Position numbers and translations under genes: made by a program. A DNA stretch of 31,708 bases from Paraspadella gotoi (taxonomy: Eukaryota > Animalia > Chaetognatha), in the NCBI GenBank assembly GCA_051294375.1, contig JBJCIZ010000485.1:1-31708 (forward strand). Direction: 5' to 3'. Shown here piece by piece: positions 12,021 to 22,745 of the stretch. Numbering within the stretch: the first letter of the stretch is position 1; each line of letters opens with the position of its first letter. The notes under the pieces are model-generated. The model had not been told where the DNA came from and made no database searches. It worked only from the letters and a program-made list of their open reading frames with translations.

Positions 12021-12632
12021 TTAGGAGGCAAAGCCATTAGCCGACAGCGAGCTCGAAGAACCGAATTGGATAAGTCGTGGATGGTGCTGGCAGCTTTCAG
12101 TCATTGAATCCTTGATGGACTGGAATTTCCTATGATAAGAGAATTCCGGTTAAAGAAAATACAATTCATTCCAAAAAAGTTTAATAGAGAAAAGATGGAT
12201 AAACAAGTTATAAAGGGCCACTCATAGGATTATAAATCTAACCTGTTAATCTGACGTAGCATTGGAAGGGCATACGCGCTTCAGGCATTAGTCAAATTTT
12301 GTGAAGGGGATGGGTGCCAACTTGTCCCGAGCAGTCGTGACAAAATACCTTCCGCACGATCTTGGGATAACGAAAACATTTAAGTTTGAATTTTGGCAAT
12401 TGCGAAAAAACGGCGACTTCTTCAAAAACTGCCCAGTGATGTTTCTTCTGGCGATTCCAGACTGGGTTTGACACCCTTGCGCAATGAGTAACCGTGTGGT
12501 CAGGAACCCATAGCGTTCATTCCCGACCCAATCATTCATCGTCCACGTGTTCCCAGCTTCACGTCAGAAGGTGGTCATTGGACGCTCTTCCATTTACCGA
12601 CGAAGGTTCATCGCCATTGATTTCGTGGCCAA
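12021..12632 (-). CDS. MTMR3: 3' exons of a myotubularin-related protein 3/4 (C-terminal FYVE domain); 5' part not found in window
   Basis: Joined frames give SWEHVDDE...LWVPDHTVTHC..CQTQ..IARRKHHC|RSCGKVFCHDCS.KLAPIPSQNL...RVC..CY, typical of MTMR3/4 (SWEQVD..RWLPDH..HC..KHHCR.CG.VFC..VPSQQL..RVC). Acceptor at 12633; introns at ~12361-12428 and 12130-12242. MTMR3 versus MTMR4 cannot be resolved, and the stop is at 12101 or 12021. Confidence 0.85.
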
Positions 12633-12999
12633 CTAGAAAATTTGGGGATGTCAGTCGTTTCGGTCGACGGGTGGATCAAGTTTTCGCTTGAAATCGATTC
12701 TATATAAAATCCCATGGTCAAGCCTTTTATAAAATAGTAATAATATGGGTAGATTCTGAAAGTGTTAGGGTCTTGGCAGGGGCATCGAGGCTGGAGCGCG
12801 AGCGGAATTTTCATTTTTTCATATATTAAAATGCATTTGAAAGTTGACTGGTTTGACCCCTTCGTAACTTACGTAAACGTAAAACCAGCTCATTCTTCAA
12901 TAAGAAAAACCAAACTCCATTTTGACCTTTATATATGAAAAGCCCATGGTTTTCTCTATCCATTGAGCAAAAAAAAGTTAAAAATTTCCAAGCTGATTG

Positions 13000-13790
13000 C
13001 TTGTTTTGGTAATCAAATGAACTCCTTTTTTAGCTCAATTTCCAACGTTCATGCCCACGAAGAATGTCTATTTTGAATACAATGGTTAGAAAGTACAGTT
13101 GTCTCTACTCTCATTTTTAGGTCGGAGCGCCGAGGCTAATATTTCTAAACGTTTAAAAAAAATCCGAAGAAAGCAAAGGGCTTTTGTTTCGATTAACATT
13201 TTATATTGGACCCGAACGAGCATAATGACTCTACCGTGAAATCCTAATCCGAAAGCCATGGCCTTGCGACGAGCAACCGCGGCTTCAGGAGAGGATTTTG
13301 TGGCTCGTTTATTATGAAAACATCTTCCCGCTTAACTTTTTTAAATAGACTTTTTAAAATTATTTAGGTAAAGTTTGTGTTATTTATAAAGATTATAATA
13401 AATATTTAATAAGTATTTCATAAACATGAGCTAGTTCTTCCTTTGTTTTGAGCGCTTGGACTCGAGCCACGTCGGAGGAGTATGACTATGTTCATTTGTC
13501 GTCGAAAAAAGAGGACTGGAGAAAGCGACCCTCGTCGGATCAATGTCTCATTTATTATTGACATGGCGCTTGCTCACCAAGGACTCATGACAGTTATAAT
13601 TTATAAATGGATTTTCTACATTTTTCCTCGAAGCCTTAGCCCACCAAAATGCGAGACGATGGAAAAAAATAAACTCCATGACCATAGAATGTAAACATTT
13701 TTTTCAATGGCTCTGTATCTCATTACAAAGGGGAAACGTAAATCCTCCTTATTAACTGGGACCGTGTCCGGCCTTTTGCATGGAGATTAA
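13000..13790 (-). mobile_element. Probable heavily decayed non-LTR retrotransposon reverse transcriptase fragment (second copy ~23340-24160)
   Basis: Multi-frame remnants appear in RT order: LKKMFTFYG, IRRGSLSPVLF(L)TTTNE (cf. motif B GxxQGSxLSPxLF), KTKE, and LGF/TVESL..FGS. No YADD motif is seen and there are many stops. Confidence 0.4.
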
Positions 13791-13807
13791 TACACTCCAG
13801 AGGTCTA

Positions 13808-15174
13808 CTTGGTGACAATATTACAAGCGCTGGTAAAAAAACGCTGTCATTTTCAAACCCATTCCCACCTTAAGCAAAAACTCCAATTACTCGTGATGGA
13901 TGGATGGATTGGAATGAAATTTTGTGTGTGGGTAGGGAGTGTGTGATTGAGCTGGATATGAAGTTTCGATGGAATCGTCTGAGTGGAAATGAGTTTAAAT
14001 AGAAAAAACAAAGAACCTGTTTCACTAATTTGATTATGCTTCTTTTTCCTTTTATTTTAAATGTAAATGCCAAGATGTATTAATTAATCAAATAATTAAT
14101 CAGTTAATCAATCAATTAGTTAATTAATCAATAATTAATTAATCAGTCAATTAATCAAAACAAACATTTCGGATCAAATTAATTAATTGCCCAATTAATT
14201 AAATAATTAACTTGAATAAATTAATTATTAATTAATTAAATAATTAACTTGAATAAATTAATTATTAATTAAATAATTAACCTAATTTATAATTAATTAT
14301 AATTAATTAATTACCGATAATTATCATGGGCAGATCTGACATTGTTTGCTCAAACTTAATGTTAATTTATGAGTTCGACTTACCATCGGTAAAAGGTAAA
14401 AACCCAAACTATTATTATATATGCAAATTTTATCAGAATCGACTTTGATATGCCTCAGCAATGATAGCTGGAAGATGGATTTGAAAATCTTCTCTGGATT
14501 TTTAAACACACTTTTTTTAAATTAGATTTTTTTCTTCTTTACTTTCAGCAAGTTTTCTTGAAGAAATTGAAATAAAATAATATTATTATTATTATCTTCT
14601 GAAAGCCCTTTAAAATCTAAAGAGAATGACATTATTTACGAAATACTTGCAGTATAAAAATTTAATCGGCCCAGCTTTAATTTAATTAGGATACTCAAAA
14701 ATGAGACATCTTTCAAAGTTCCAATAGCTGGAGGGAAAATTTAAAATTTTTTTATCAAATATAATTGGCTATCTTAAATCTTTTTTTCTCAGGCTCTTTC
14801 ATGATACTTATATAAATAATAATATTTTATGAAATTATATAAAATATAATATTAAAAAACAATATTAAAAATTATCCATTCATTTAATAAACAAGCTATC
14901 TTGCCCCTGACTTTGGACAGACTTTGTTATATGTTTATAATAATTTAAACTGGTCATAATATTTTTTAAATATTTTAAATTTTAGATAATTCACTTTTGA
15001 CTCTCTAAATTGAACCAAGGCTGGGCAGCTGAATTTTTATGTTAGAGCTTTTGTTAAGTATATCATTCTCTTAATATTTTTTAAGGGCTTTCAGAGGTTT
15101 TAATATTGTTAATATCTTAATAAATACTTTGTTTAATTTTTTTTTTTACCGGCGCTTGTAAAATTGTTACCATG
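13808..15174. mobile_element. TA-flanked non-autonomous TIR DNA transposon (Tc1/mariner-like), copy 2, 1367 bp
   Basis: TA|CTTGGTGACAATATTACAAGCGCTGGTAAAAAA ... TTTTTTACCGGCGCTTGTAAAATTGTTACCATG|TA. Imperfect ~33-bp TIRs with a TA target duplication and no transposase ORF. Confidence 0.85.
13863..14363 (+). mobile_element. 5'-deleted Helentron-associated (HINE/DINE-1-like) element nested in the TIR element
   Basis: Matches 24402-24906. Retains the 3' subterminal IR GCAGATCTGACA and the terminal hairpin but lacks the 5' end. Confidence 0.65.
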
Positions 15175-15287
15175 TATATAGGAAAACGAAAAAAGCAAGG
15201 TTTTTCTTAATGAATTAACGTAAGAGAAAGAAACAAAACGAAACGGAAGAGGATAATTTCTCAAGGAAAAAAAAAACAACTTTTATT

Positions 15288-15494
15288 TCATCCGATCCAC
15301 TCTGGCCAACAAACCTTGCCTGATGATGATTTCGTCCTAAACAATCTAAGCGGCTCGTCAAAGAGATAGTTCCTTGAGGATTCTCCGCGTATTTGGGAGG
15401 ATGGACCAGCCAGTCCTATTTTATGTAATAAGTACTGAGAGTACTTGCGGATATAATTTAATGATATGTCTGTCCTATTCTCATGCAAATGCAT
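15288..15494 (-). mobile_element. Possible decayed C-terminal zinc-knuckle region of a LINE ORF2
   Basis: YLHKIGLAGPSSQIRGESSRNYLFDEPLR resembles the LHKIGL..SP.C.CG..E...H.LF.CP pattern, but the Cys/His ligands are absent. Followed by AATAAA. Copy at ~25806-26014. Confidence 0.25.
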
Positions 15495-15930
15495 AAGTAT
15501 TTAGTAACACAATAATAATACCGTAATACTGAGGGGTCATTTTAATTTAAATTAGATGGATGCTGTACTTCTGTGTGCCCCAATGGTACTGTCCGTTAAC
15601 TTTTAAATATCGTTGCAGAACTGTGTTGTTTAAATCTTATTTCTGATACAACAATGTCAAATATAAGTTCTTACCGTTTATGATACTATATTTCGAAATT
15701 TAATTTTTATCTTGTTCCTAAACATTCAATTTAAATTACGTCCTAATTTTCTTTTTTTTAACTTTAGTTAATTTTATATATATCTTAAAATATTATTTAT
15801 TAAAAAAATTATTTTAAAAAATATTTTAAATTGATATAAATTATTTCAAATTATAATTTTGTATAAAATAAGTACATTTATGAAAGAAAAATGCATATGT
15901 TAAAAAGACCCAAAATTTTGTAAAATATTA

Positions 15931-16205
15931 TGCAACAGCCGGGTTGCCTGTGATGCCCATTGGGATGGGGCATCTCACTAGTTGGCTTTGGGGGATTGCG
16001 AACCCCTTAAGTGGAAAACCGCAAAAATCAGTCAACTGGCGCGGTACCCTAAGACGGTCTCACTTTGACAATGCAAAGGAAGTCGTTAGGACTGTGGATG
16101 GAACACTACGCCTTGGGATGGTGTGTTCCCCCTCTGAGCAATGGATTTGGTAGCTCAACGATATGGACGTTGAGCGGGTGTGAATATTACCGCCCCATAT
16201 GCTAT
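15931..16205. repeat. GC-richer unclassified repeat island in AT-rich DNA
   Basis: Also present, internally deleted, at ~26449-26533 and inverted at ~28530-28905. Confidence 0.6.
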
Positions 16206-17052
16206 TATTTTGATATTTAAATTTTATTATTTGAAGTTGGGAGCAATTGAATTCATTAAGCCAGAATTAAAATGGTTGTTAATTATTCAATTAAATTATT
16301 ATTAAATCTTATTAATAACGGTAATAAGAACAAGTTTAATATGTGTTTAAAAATAATAATTACGTTATTAGTAAAATTCAGAGCAAAAAAAGGCGCTTTT
16401 TTCTCTACTGTCTTGTATCTTAAGAAACTATTTAAAAGATTTATTTAATTAATATTTATGAAAAATTATTTATTATATATTAAAAATTATAATTACATTT
16501 TTTTAAAAAGGAGTTCCAAATTTAAAATTTTAGGTAATGGTCCATACTTGTGCCGCTTATGAGAATGATTTAATGTTTTTAAATCTGTTATAGAGCTGGT
16601 AAAACTTTTATTAATGGACATGCCACCATTGGGGACATATTACTATTAACTACTAACATGAAAAGTTGCGCTTACCTGTCATTAAGTTATATACCAAGTT
16701 GTTTAATTATGTATAAATCTTATTTTCAATAAAATATTAGTTTTAAATATTTGTTGATTTCCTTGAATATGGGGAATAGATGAACAAAAATTAATACAAA
16801 CTCGGTGTCATTCCATGTAGTTTCTGTTATTTATACCTTTATTTTTTTTGATATTAAGGTTTCATATCCAGTCTATCTACACTCAGGACACTGGTAGATT
16901 GCATATAAAAGACAATATGAATCAGTCTCAGCAAACTTCTAAAGGAATTTTCATATTTCAAATGTTTATTTTTTATGCATTAAATGATACTTATTTAATT
17001 TGTTATAATTGCTTCAAAAAAGTACATTAGATTTTTGTTACGAAAATGACTA

Positions 17053-17256
17053 TATGGTGGGATCTAAAATCCATCAACCGTTCATAGCGGCCATGGTCCG
17101 CGAGGTAAGGTCATTCGGCCTTCCAACCAAAGGTTCCCAAGAGGGATGGGGCGCTTAACCCCCCTGTAACACGGTGTTTACAGCCTGATCCGAAGCTCAT
17201 GGACTGCTTCATGAACGGTTCTGTCATTAACCATTATAACAATTACTGTCTTTCAA
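17053..17256 (+). mobile_element. tRNA-derived repeat (SINE-like), B-box/acceptor region deleted
   Basis: Homologous to 27567-27801 and lacks ~30 nt after AAAGGTTCCC. Confidence 0.75.
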
Positions 17257-17471
17257 CTATACTTTACCAGAATCTAATGATTTCTTTATANNNNNNNNNN
17301 NNNNNNNNNNNNNNNTAATTAGCGCTGCTATTTTGTCAGTAAGGCTCTCCTCAATTAGCGCTGATTTCCCTAGTTTGGTAAGTTAGTCGGCATTTTTTTC
17401 CCTGAACACCCCATTTTATCTGAAATTCGAAATTAAATGAATTTTTTAAGTTGAAAATTAGNNNNNNNNNN

Positions 17472-17559
17472 AGGGTTAGGGAATAGGTTAATGATTAAGG
17501 TTAGGGATTAGGATTTAGGTTAGATATAACCATTTAGGGTTAAAGGTTAGAGGTTAAAG
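17472..17559 (+). repeat. Degenerate TTAGGG-like interstitial array
   Basis: agggttagggaataggttaatgattaaggttagggattaggatttaggttag...; copy of 30091-30186. Confidence 0.8.
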
Positions 17560-18820
17560 NNNNNNNNNNATTTTGGGAAAAAACGGAAAAGAGGGCATTA
17601 TTAGAAAGTCAAGGAAGTATTACTTTTTTTAATCATTTATCGCAACGGCCAGCATTGCGATACAATTCTATTAAAGTTTACATAATGTTTTAATGACTTG
17701 CTCGCCTTCATCAGCCTAAACTATAAAAAAAAGAATAAAAACAATATGTAATATTACTATTATTANNNNNNNNNNNNNNNNNNGATCCCAATTAAATTTA
17801 GGACTTGAGAATTACAACGAAGAGAAAGGCCGAGGGCTCCAAACGTCATCAGCTGGGCGCATCGTCTTTGCAATCCGCGATTTCAAGTTAAATTTTCAAA
17901 GTTTGGGCTTGAAANNNNNNNNNNNNNNNNNNNNNNNNNNNNNNNNNNNNNNNNNNNNNNNNNNNNNNNNNNNNNNNNNNNNNNNNNNNNNNNNNNNNNN
18001 NNNNNNNNNNNNNNNNNNNNNNNNNNNNNNNNNNNNNNNNNNNNNNNNNNNNNNNNNNNNNNNNNNNNNNNNNNNNNNNNNNNNNNNNNNNNNNNNNNNN
18101 NNNNNNNNNNNNNNNNNNNNNNNNNNNNNNNNNNNNNNNNNNNNNNNNNNNNNNNNNNNNNNNNNNNNNNNNNNNNNNNNNNNNNNNNNNNNNNNNNNNN
18201 NNNNNNNNNNNNNNNNNNNNNNNNNNNNNNNNNNNNNNNNNNNNNNNNNNNNNNNNNNNNNNNNNNNNNNNNNNNNNNNNNNNNNNNNNNNNNNNNNNNN
18301 NNNNNNNNNNNNNNNNNNNNNNNNNNNNNNNNNNNNNNNNNNNNNNNNNNNNNNNNNNNNNNNNNNNNNNNNNNNNNNNNNNNNNNNNNNNNNNNNNNNN
18401 NNNNNNNNNNNNNNNNNNNNNNNNNNNNNNNNNNNNNNNNNNNNNNNNNNNNNNNNNNNNNNNNNNNNNNNNNNNNNNNNNNNNNNNNNNNNNNNNNNNN
18501 NNNNNNNNNNNNNNNNNNNNNNNNNNNNNNNNNNNNNNNNNNNNNNNNNNNNNNNNNNNNNNNNNNNNNNNNNNNNNNNNNNNNNNNNNNNNNNNNNNNN
18601 NNNNNNNNNNNNNNNNNNNNNNNNNNNNNNNNNNNNNNNNNNNNNNNNNNNNNNNNNNNNNNNNNNNNNNNNNNNNNNNNNNNNNNNNNNNNNNNNNNNN
18701 NNNNNNAAAAAAGAGAGAGATAAATAAAGTTGGCAATTACAAAGTGGAAATTTATTTTGGCATTAAAAATCCGAATATAAACACTAATTATCATTGTTTG
18801 ATTACAAAATTAAAAATTTC

Positions 18821-20361
18821 AATTAAAGTAGCTGTTAACTAAGTATTTTACGTTTCAATTATGTGTGCAAACATAAATATTAAATTAACTTGCGTCATAT
18901 CTAGCAAATCTTTCTAATTCAATNNNNNNNNNNNNNNNNNNNNNNNNNNNNNNNNNNNNNNNNNNNNNNNNNNNNNNNNNNNNNNNNNNNNNNNNNNNNN
19001 NNNNNNNNNNNNNNNNNNNNNNNNNNNNNNNNNNNNNNNNNNATGGTGTGAGGCGACTTACCACTAGTCTCTCTCTCGCAGAATATTCGTCTATCACACG
19101 TCAAAGTTAACAGTTGTATTTTTGATAAACTGTCTTTCGTTAGCATTATAAATTATTTGCATCTAAAAATTATTATTTGCCATGATCTGCNNNNNNNNNN
19201 NNNNNNNNNNNNNNNNNNNNNNNNNNNNNNNNNNNNNNNNNNNNNNNNNNNNNNNNNNNNNNNNNNNNNNNNNNNNNNNNNNNNNNNNNNNNNNNNNNNN
19301 NNNNNNNNNNNNNNNNNNNNNNNNNNNNNNNNNNNNNNNNNNNNNNNNNNNNNNNNNNNNNNNNNNNNNNNNNNNNNNNNNNNNNNNNNNNNNNNNNNNN
19401 NNNNNNNNNNNNNNNNNNNNNNNNNNNNNNNNNNNNNNNNNNNNNNNNNNNNNNNNNNNNNNNNNNNNNNNNNNNNNNNNNNNNNNNNNNNNNNNNNNNN
19501 NNNNNNNNNNNNNNNNNNNNNNNNNNNNNNNNNNNNNNNNNNNNNNNNTGTATATTATGTTAAACATAGTCTCCTTTTCCAACGTCGCCATAGTAGCATC
19601 AAGTAGCAGCCCTAAGACCGCGCGTGTGGCAGGCCAAGTCTCTAATATAGTATCGTGCCCTAAGACCGCAAGTGCNNNNNNNNNNNNNNNNNNNNNNNNN
19701 NNNNNNNNNNNNNNNNNNNNNNNNNNNNNNNNNNNNNNNNNNNNNNNNNNNNNNNNNNNNNNNNNNNNNNNNNNNNNNNNNNNNNNNNNNNNNNNNNNNN
19801 NNNNNNNNNNNNNNNNNNNNNNNNNNNNNNNNNNNNNNNNNNNNNNNNNNNNNNNNNNNNNNNNNNNNNNNNNNNNNNNNNNNNNNNNNNNNNNNNNNNN
19901 NNNNNNNNNNNNNNNNNNNNNNNNNNNNNNNNNNNNNNNNNNNNNNNNNNNNNNNNNGGTCAAGTTGGTCCGGGCGATGATAAAAGTGGATCAGGAGTGT
20001 GCTCGTCTCACTTCTTTTCTACTTCTCTTACATCGTCACANNNNNNNNNNNNNNNNNNNNNNNNNNNNNNNNNNNNNNNNNNNNNNNNNNNNNNNNNNNN
20101 NNNNNNNNNNNNNNNNNNNNNNNNNNNNNNNNNNTTGGCTATAATTTTTTGCCATACTGTTTTTTTAGTTTATTTATTCATAATTTGTATTAAANNNNNN
20201 NNNNTTCCCTTCTATTTCGTTGACATAGATGTTATTACTCCTTCGTCCGAGGCTTCGTTAGTTAAAATTAATTCTTATGAGGCCCCGATCACGCATACGA
20301 AGCTTAGGCTAAATTCGGCGGTCTAATGATTTGAACTACGTAGTACTTTCTTTGTAGAACC
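18821..20361 (+). repeat. N-gapped version of the block at ~26831-27540 and ~30808-31708
   Basis: Called segments (AATTAAAGTAGCTG..., ATGGTGTGAGGCGACTTACC..., GCCCTAAGACCGC..., TTGGCTATAATTTTTT..., GATTTGAACTACGT) match in order. Confidence 0.9.
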
Positions 20362-20461
20362 NNNNNNNNNNNNNNNNNNNNNNNNNNNNNNNNNNNNNNN
20401 NNNNNNNNNNNNNNNNNNNNNNNNNNNNNNNNNNNNNNNNNNNNNNNNNNNNNNNNNNNNN

Positions 20462-21000
20462 CCGCTCTATCCCCCCCTACAATCTCAAACCCCTCTCTCC
20501 CAGCCCTCAGACCCTTCTTTTCCCCCATCTTTAGACCCCCTATCGCCTCAATCTAAACCCCCCTCTTCTCCATCTCCAAACACCCTTCTCCTCCATCTCA
20601 AACCCTCCTCTCCTCCCATCCGTCAAACCCTCTTTCCCCATCCTCAGACCCCCTCCTTCCCTTCATCTCAGAACCCCCTCCTCCCCCAACATCTTCAAAC
20701 CCCCTTTCCCCATCTTCAAACCCCCCTCTCTTCCCAGCCTCAGACCCCTTCTCCCCCATCTTAGACCCCCCGTATCCCTATCCTAAGACCCCCTCTCTTC
20801 CCATCTCAAACACTCCTCTCCTCCGATTCTTCAAACCCTCTCTCCTCATGCTCAAACCCCTCCTCTTCCTCTCTCAGGACCCCCTTCTCCCACCTTCATT
20901 ATCTCGAACCCCCTCTCCCCCATATCTCAAACCCCCTATTCCCCTCCTCAAACCCCCTCTCCTCCCAGGCTCAGATCCCTTCTCCCCCATCTAGACCCCC
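20462..21000 (+). repeat. C/T-rich minisatellite (~21-23 bp unit) with a ~230-bp higher-order period
   Basis: Recurrent CTCAAACCCCCTCTCCTCCCAT-like units. The variant CCCAGCCTCAGACCC...CCCCCATCTTAGACCCCC recurs at ~20498, ~20733 and ~20964. Confidence 0.85.
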
Positions 21001-21317
21001 CACGGCCCTCAGCCAGATTGATTATTCTTTCAAAGGTTTTTTTCGTTCTCAGTAAACACAAAAAAAAAAGTTTCCGACGCCCTATTTTTTCTCACCTCTT
21101 TTTCGCCTAAAACTCAAAATAAAACCGTTTGGCGGGGAAAACGACGGAGCGGCTCCTTGCCCGGACGGCGGAAGGCCGAAACCGCAGGAAAAACAAAAAG
21201 CAAAATAAAGAGAAGAAAAAAAAAGCGGAGAGGGCGGTTTAGAGGAAGGCGCGTTAGGACCGCGGGCCGGATCTCATGGCGCTTGCACTGCGGGCGAGTT
21301 GAGTCCGAGGGGCCTGC

Positions 21318-22193
21318 GAGAGAGAGAGATGTAGAAGAGAGAGAGAGAGAGCAGAGAGAGAGAAGATGAGAGAGAGAGAAGAGAGACAGCAGATGAGAGT
21401 AGAGAGAGGGCGAAAAAAAATCTCTCTTTTAATGGGACTCCTGGTCTTAATCATCAGCAATTAGTTGTGAAAGAGTTTTACCTTCAAAAAGAAACTTGAG
21501 GGTATAAGAAGGTAAACGAGAGGGGAAAGTGGGGAGAATAGGAGGGGATATGTGGAGGGGAAGCAGGAGGGGAAGAGAAGGGGATAGGGCAAGGGAAGAG
21601 GATGGCGGATTTAATTGAGAGTATAGGAGAGGGGTTAAGGGAAAATGAGAGGGGATAGCTCGGAAAGGTGAAACTTAAGGAAACGCCTAATGGGGTCCTA
21701 AGATTAAAAGAATAATATGACTGTCAGGTGAGAGAGACAGAACATCGTGTTGTCAACACAATTTACATTAACAGGAGAGAAAAGCGTTTTGTTTTTTTGA
21801 AAAAAGAAAAAGGAAGAAGAAAAAGAAAAAAGAAAGTATTTTAAGGTAAAATTTAAAGATTATCACGCATTTGAAAATGAGAGAAGAAAAAGACAAGAGA
21901 CAAAAAAAACCTGTGACCGTCGCCAGTTCGAACCTTGAAAAGAAAAGAGGAGAAAATCTGCCTGACCATTTAAAGATCGATGACGCACGACGATGGCGAC
22001 GACGAAGACGATGTTGATGAGATGACTACGACGACGATGACACGACGAGCACTGTAATACGACGATAAGACGAAGGGCCCATTTCGTGAAAATTCATATT
22101 TTATTCCACAACCTTCACTCATTTTGCATGTTAGTGCTCCGGACAACCGCTTTAAACTCATTAAAAAAAAGGATAGAGAGAGCAGAGAGAGAG

Positions 22194-22230
<37 letters not shown>

Positions 22231-22745
22231 TGAGACGAGAGAGAGAGAAGAAGAGAATTATGTTTTTCTTTTTATCTCTCAAATCATTTCGCGCCTTTAC
22301 ACGGTTTCGGTCATTACGCAGCATAAAAATCATATCTCTTCGATTAAGTGTTTTCTGTGTGAGGTCTTCCTAAAGAGGGAGATGAGAGAAGGGATGAGGG
22401 GGATGGACGCGGAGAGAGAGGGGGAAAGGGGAGAGGGATGGAGGGTAAAAGAGAGAGGAGAGGGGAGAGAGCAGCGGAAAGAGATGGGGGCATAAAGAAG
22501 AGAGATAGAAGGGGGGATGAGGGAAAGGGAGTTACGGGAGTGAGAGATTGAAAAAAGGAGTGGGAGAGAGAAGAAGGAGAGAGAGAGCTGAGAGATATAT
22601 ATTTACTAATATATTTCCAGCTCATTAATGTTTGTATTGTTATTGCCTTTTACTTTTACATATTGGCATAATAAATCATATCAAAATCAAATCTCTCTCT
22701 TCTCTCTCTCTCTCTCCTCTCTCTCTCTTCTCTCTCTCTCTCTCA
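21318..22745. repeat. Cluster of (GA)n/(CT)n microsatellites and polypurine tracts
   Basis: (GA)n at ~21318-21408 and ~22175-22256; purine tracts at ~21490-21660 and ~22370-22595; (CT)n at ~22692-22745. Confidence 0.9.

Larger units (their letters stand above)
12653..16070 (+). repeat. Block duplicated at ~22985-26533
   Basis: Colinear high similarity from AGTCGTTT (12653/22985) to CACTTTGACA (16070/26533). Differences are mostly 1-bp indels plus a few larger indels. Confidence 0.95.
16648..17914 (+). repeat. Block duplicated at ~29373-30533
   Basis: Colinear from AACTACTAACATGAAAAG to GGGCTTGAAA. Short N runs in this copy correspond to called bases in the other. Confidence 0.95.

Noticed and set aside
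1860-12632. Interpreting the five frameshifted genes as pseudogenes or as programmed frameshifting/RNA editing
   Set aside because: Similar dense 1-bp indels separate the duplicated non-coding copies, and protein motifs and splice sites are conserved, so read error is the simpler explanation.
15300-15372. Hammerhead-like TTGACGAG...GGACGAAA on the minus strand (also ~25820-25890)
   Set aside because: C3 is replaced by T, stem II pairs poorly, and there is no proper stem III or NUH site in either copy.
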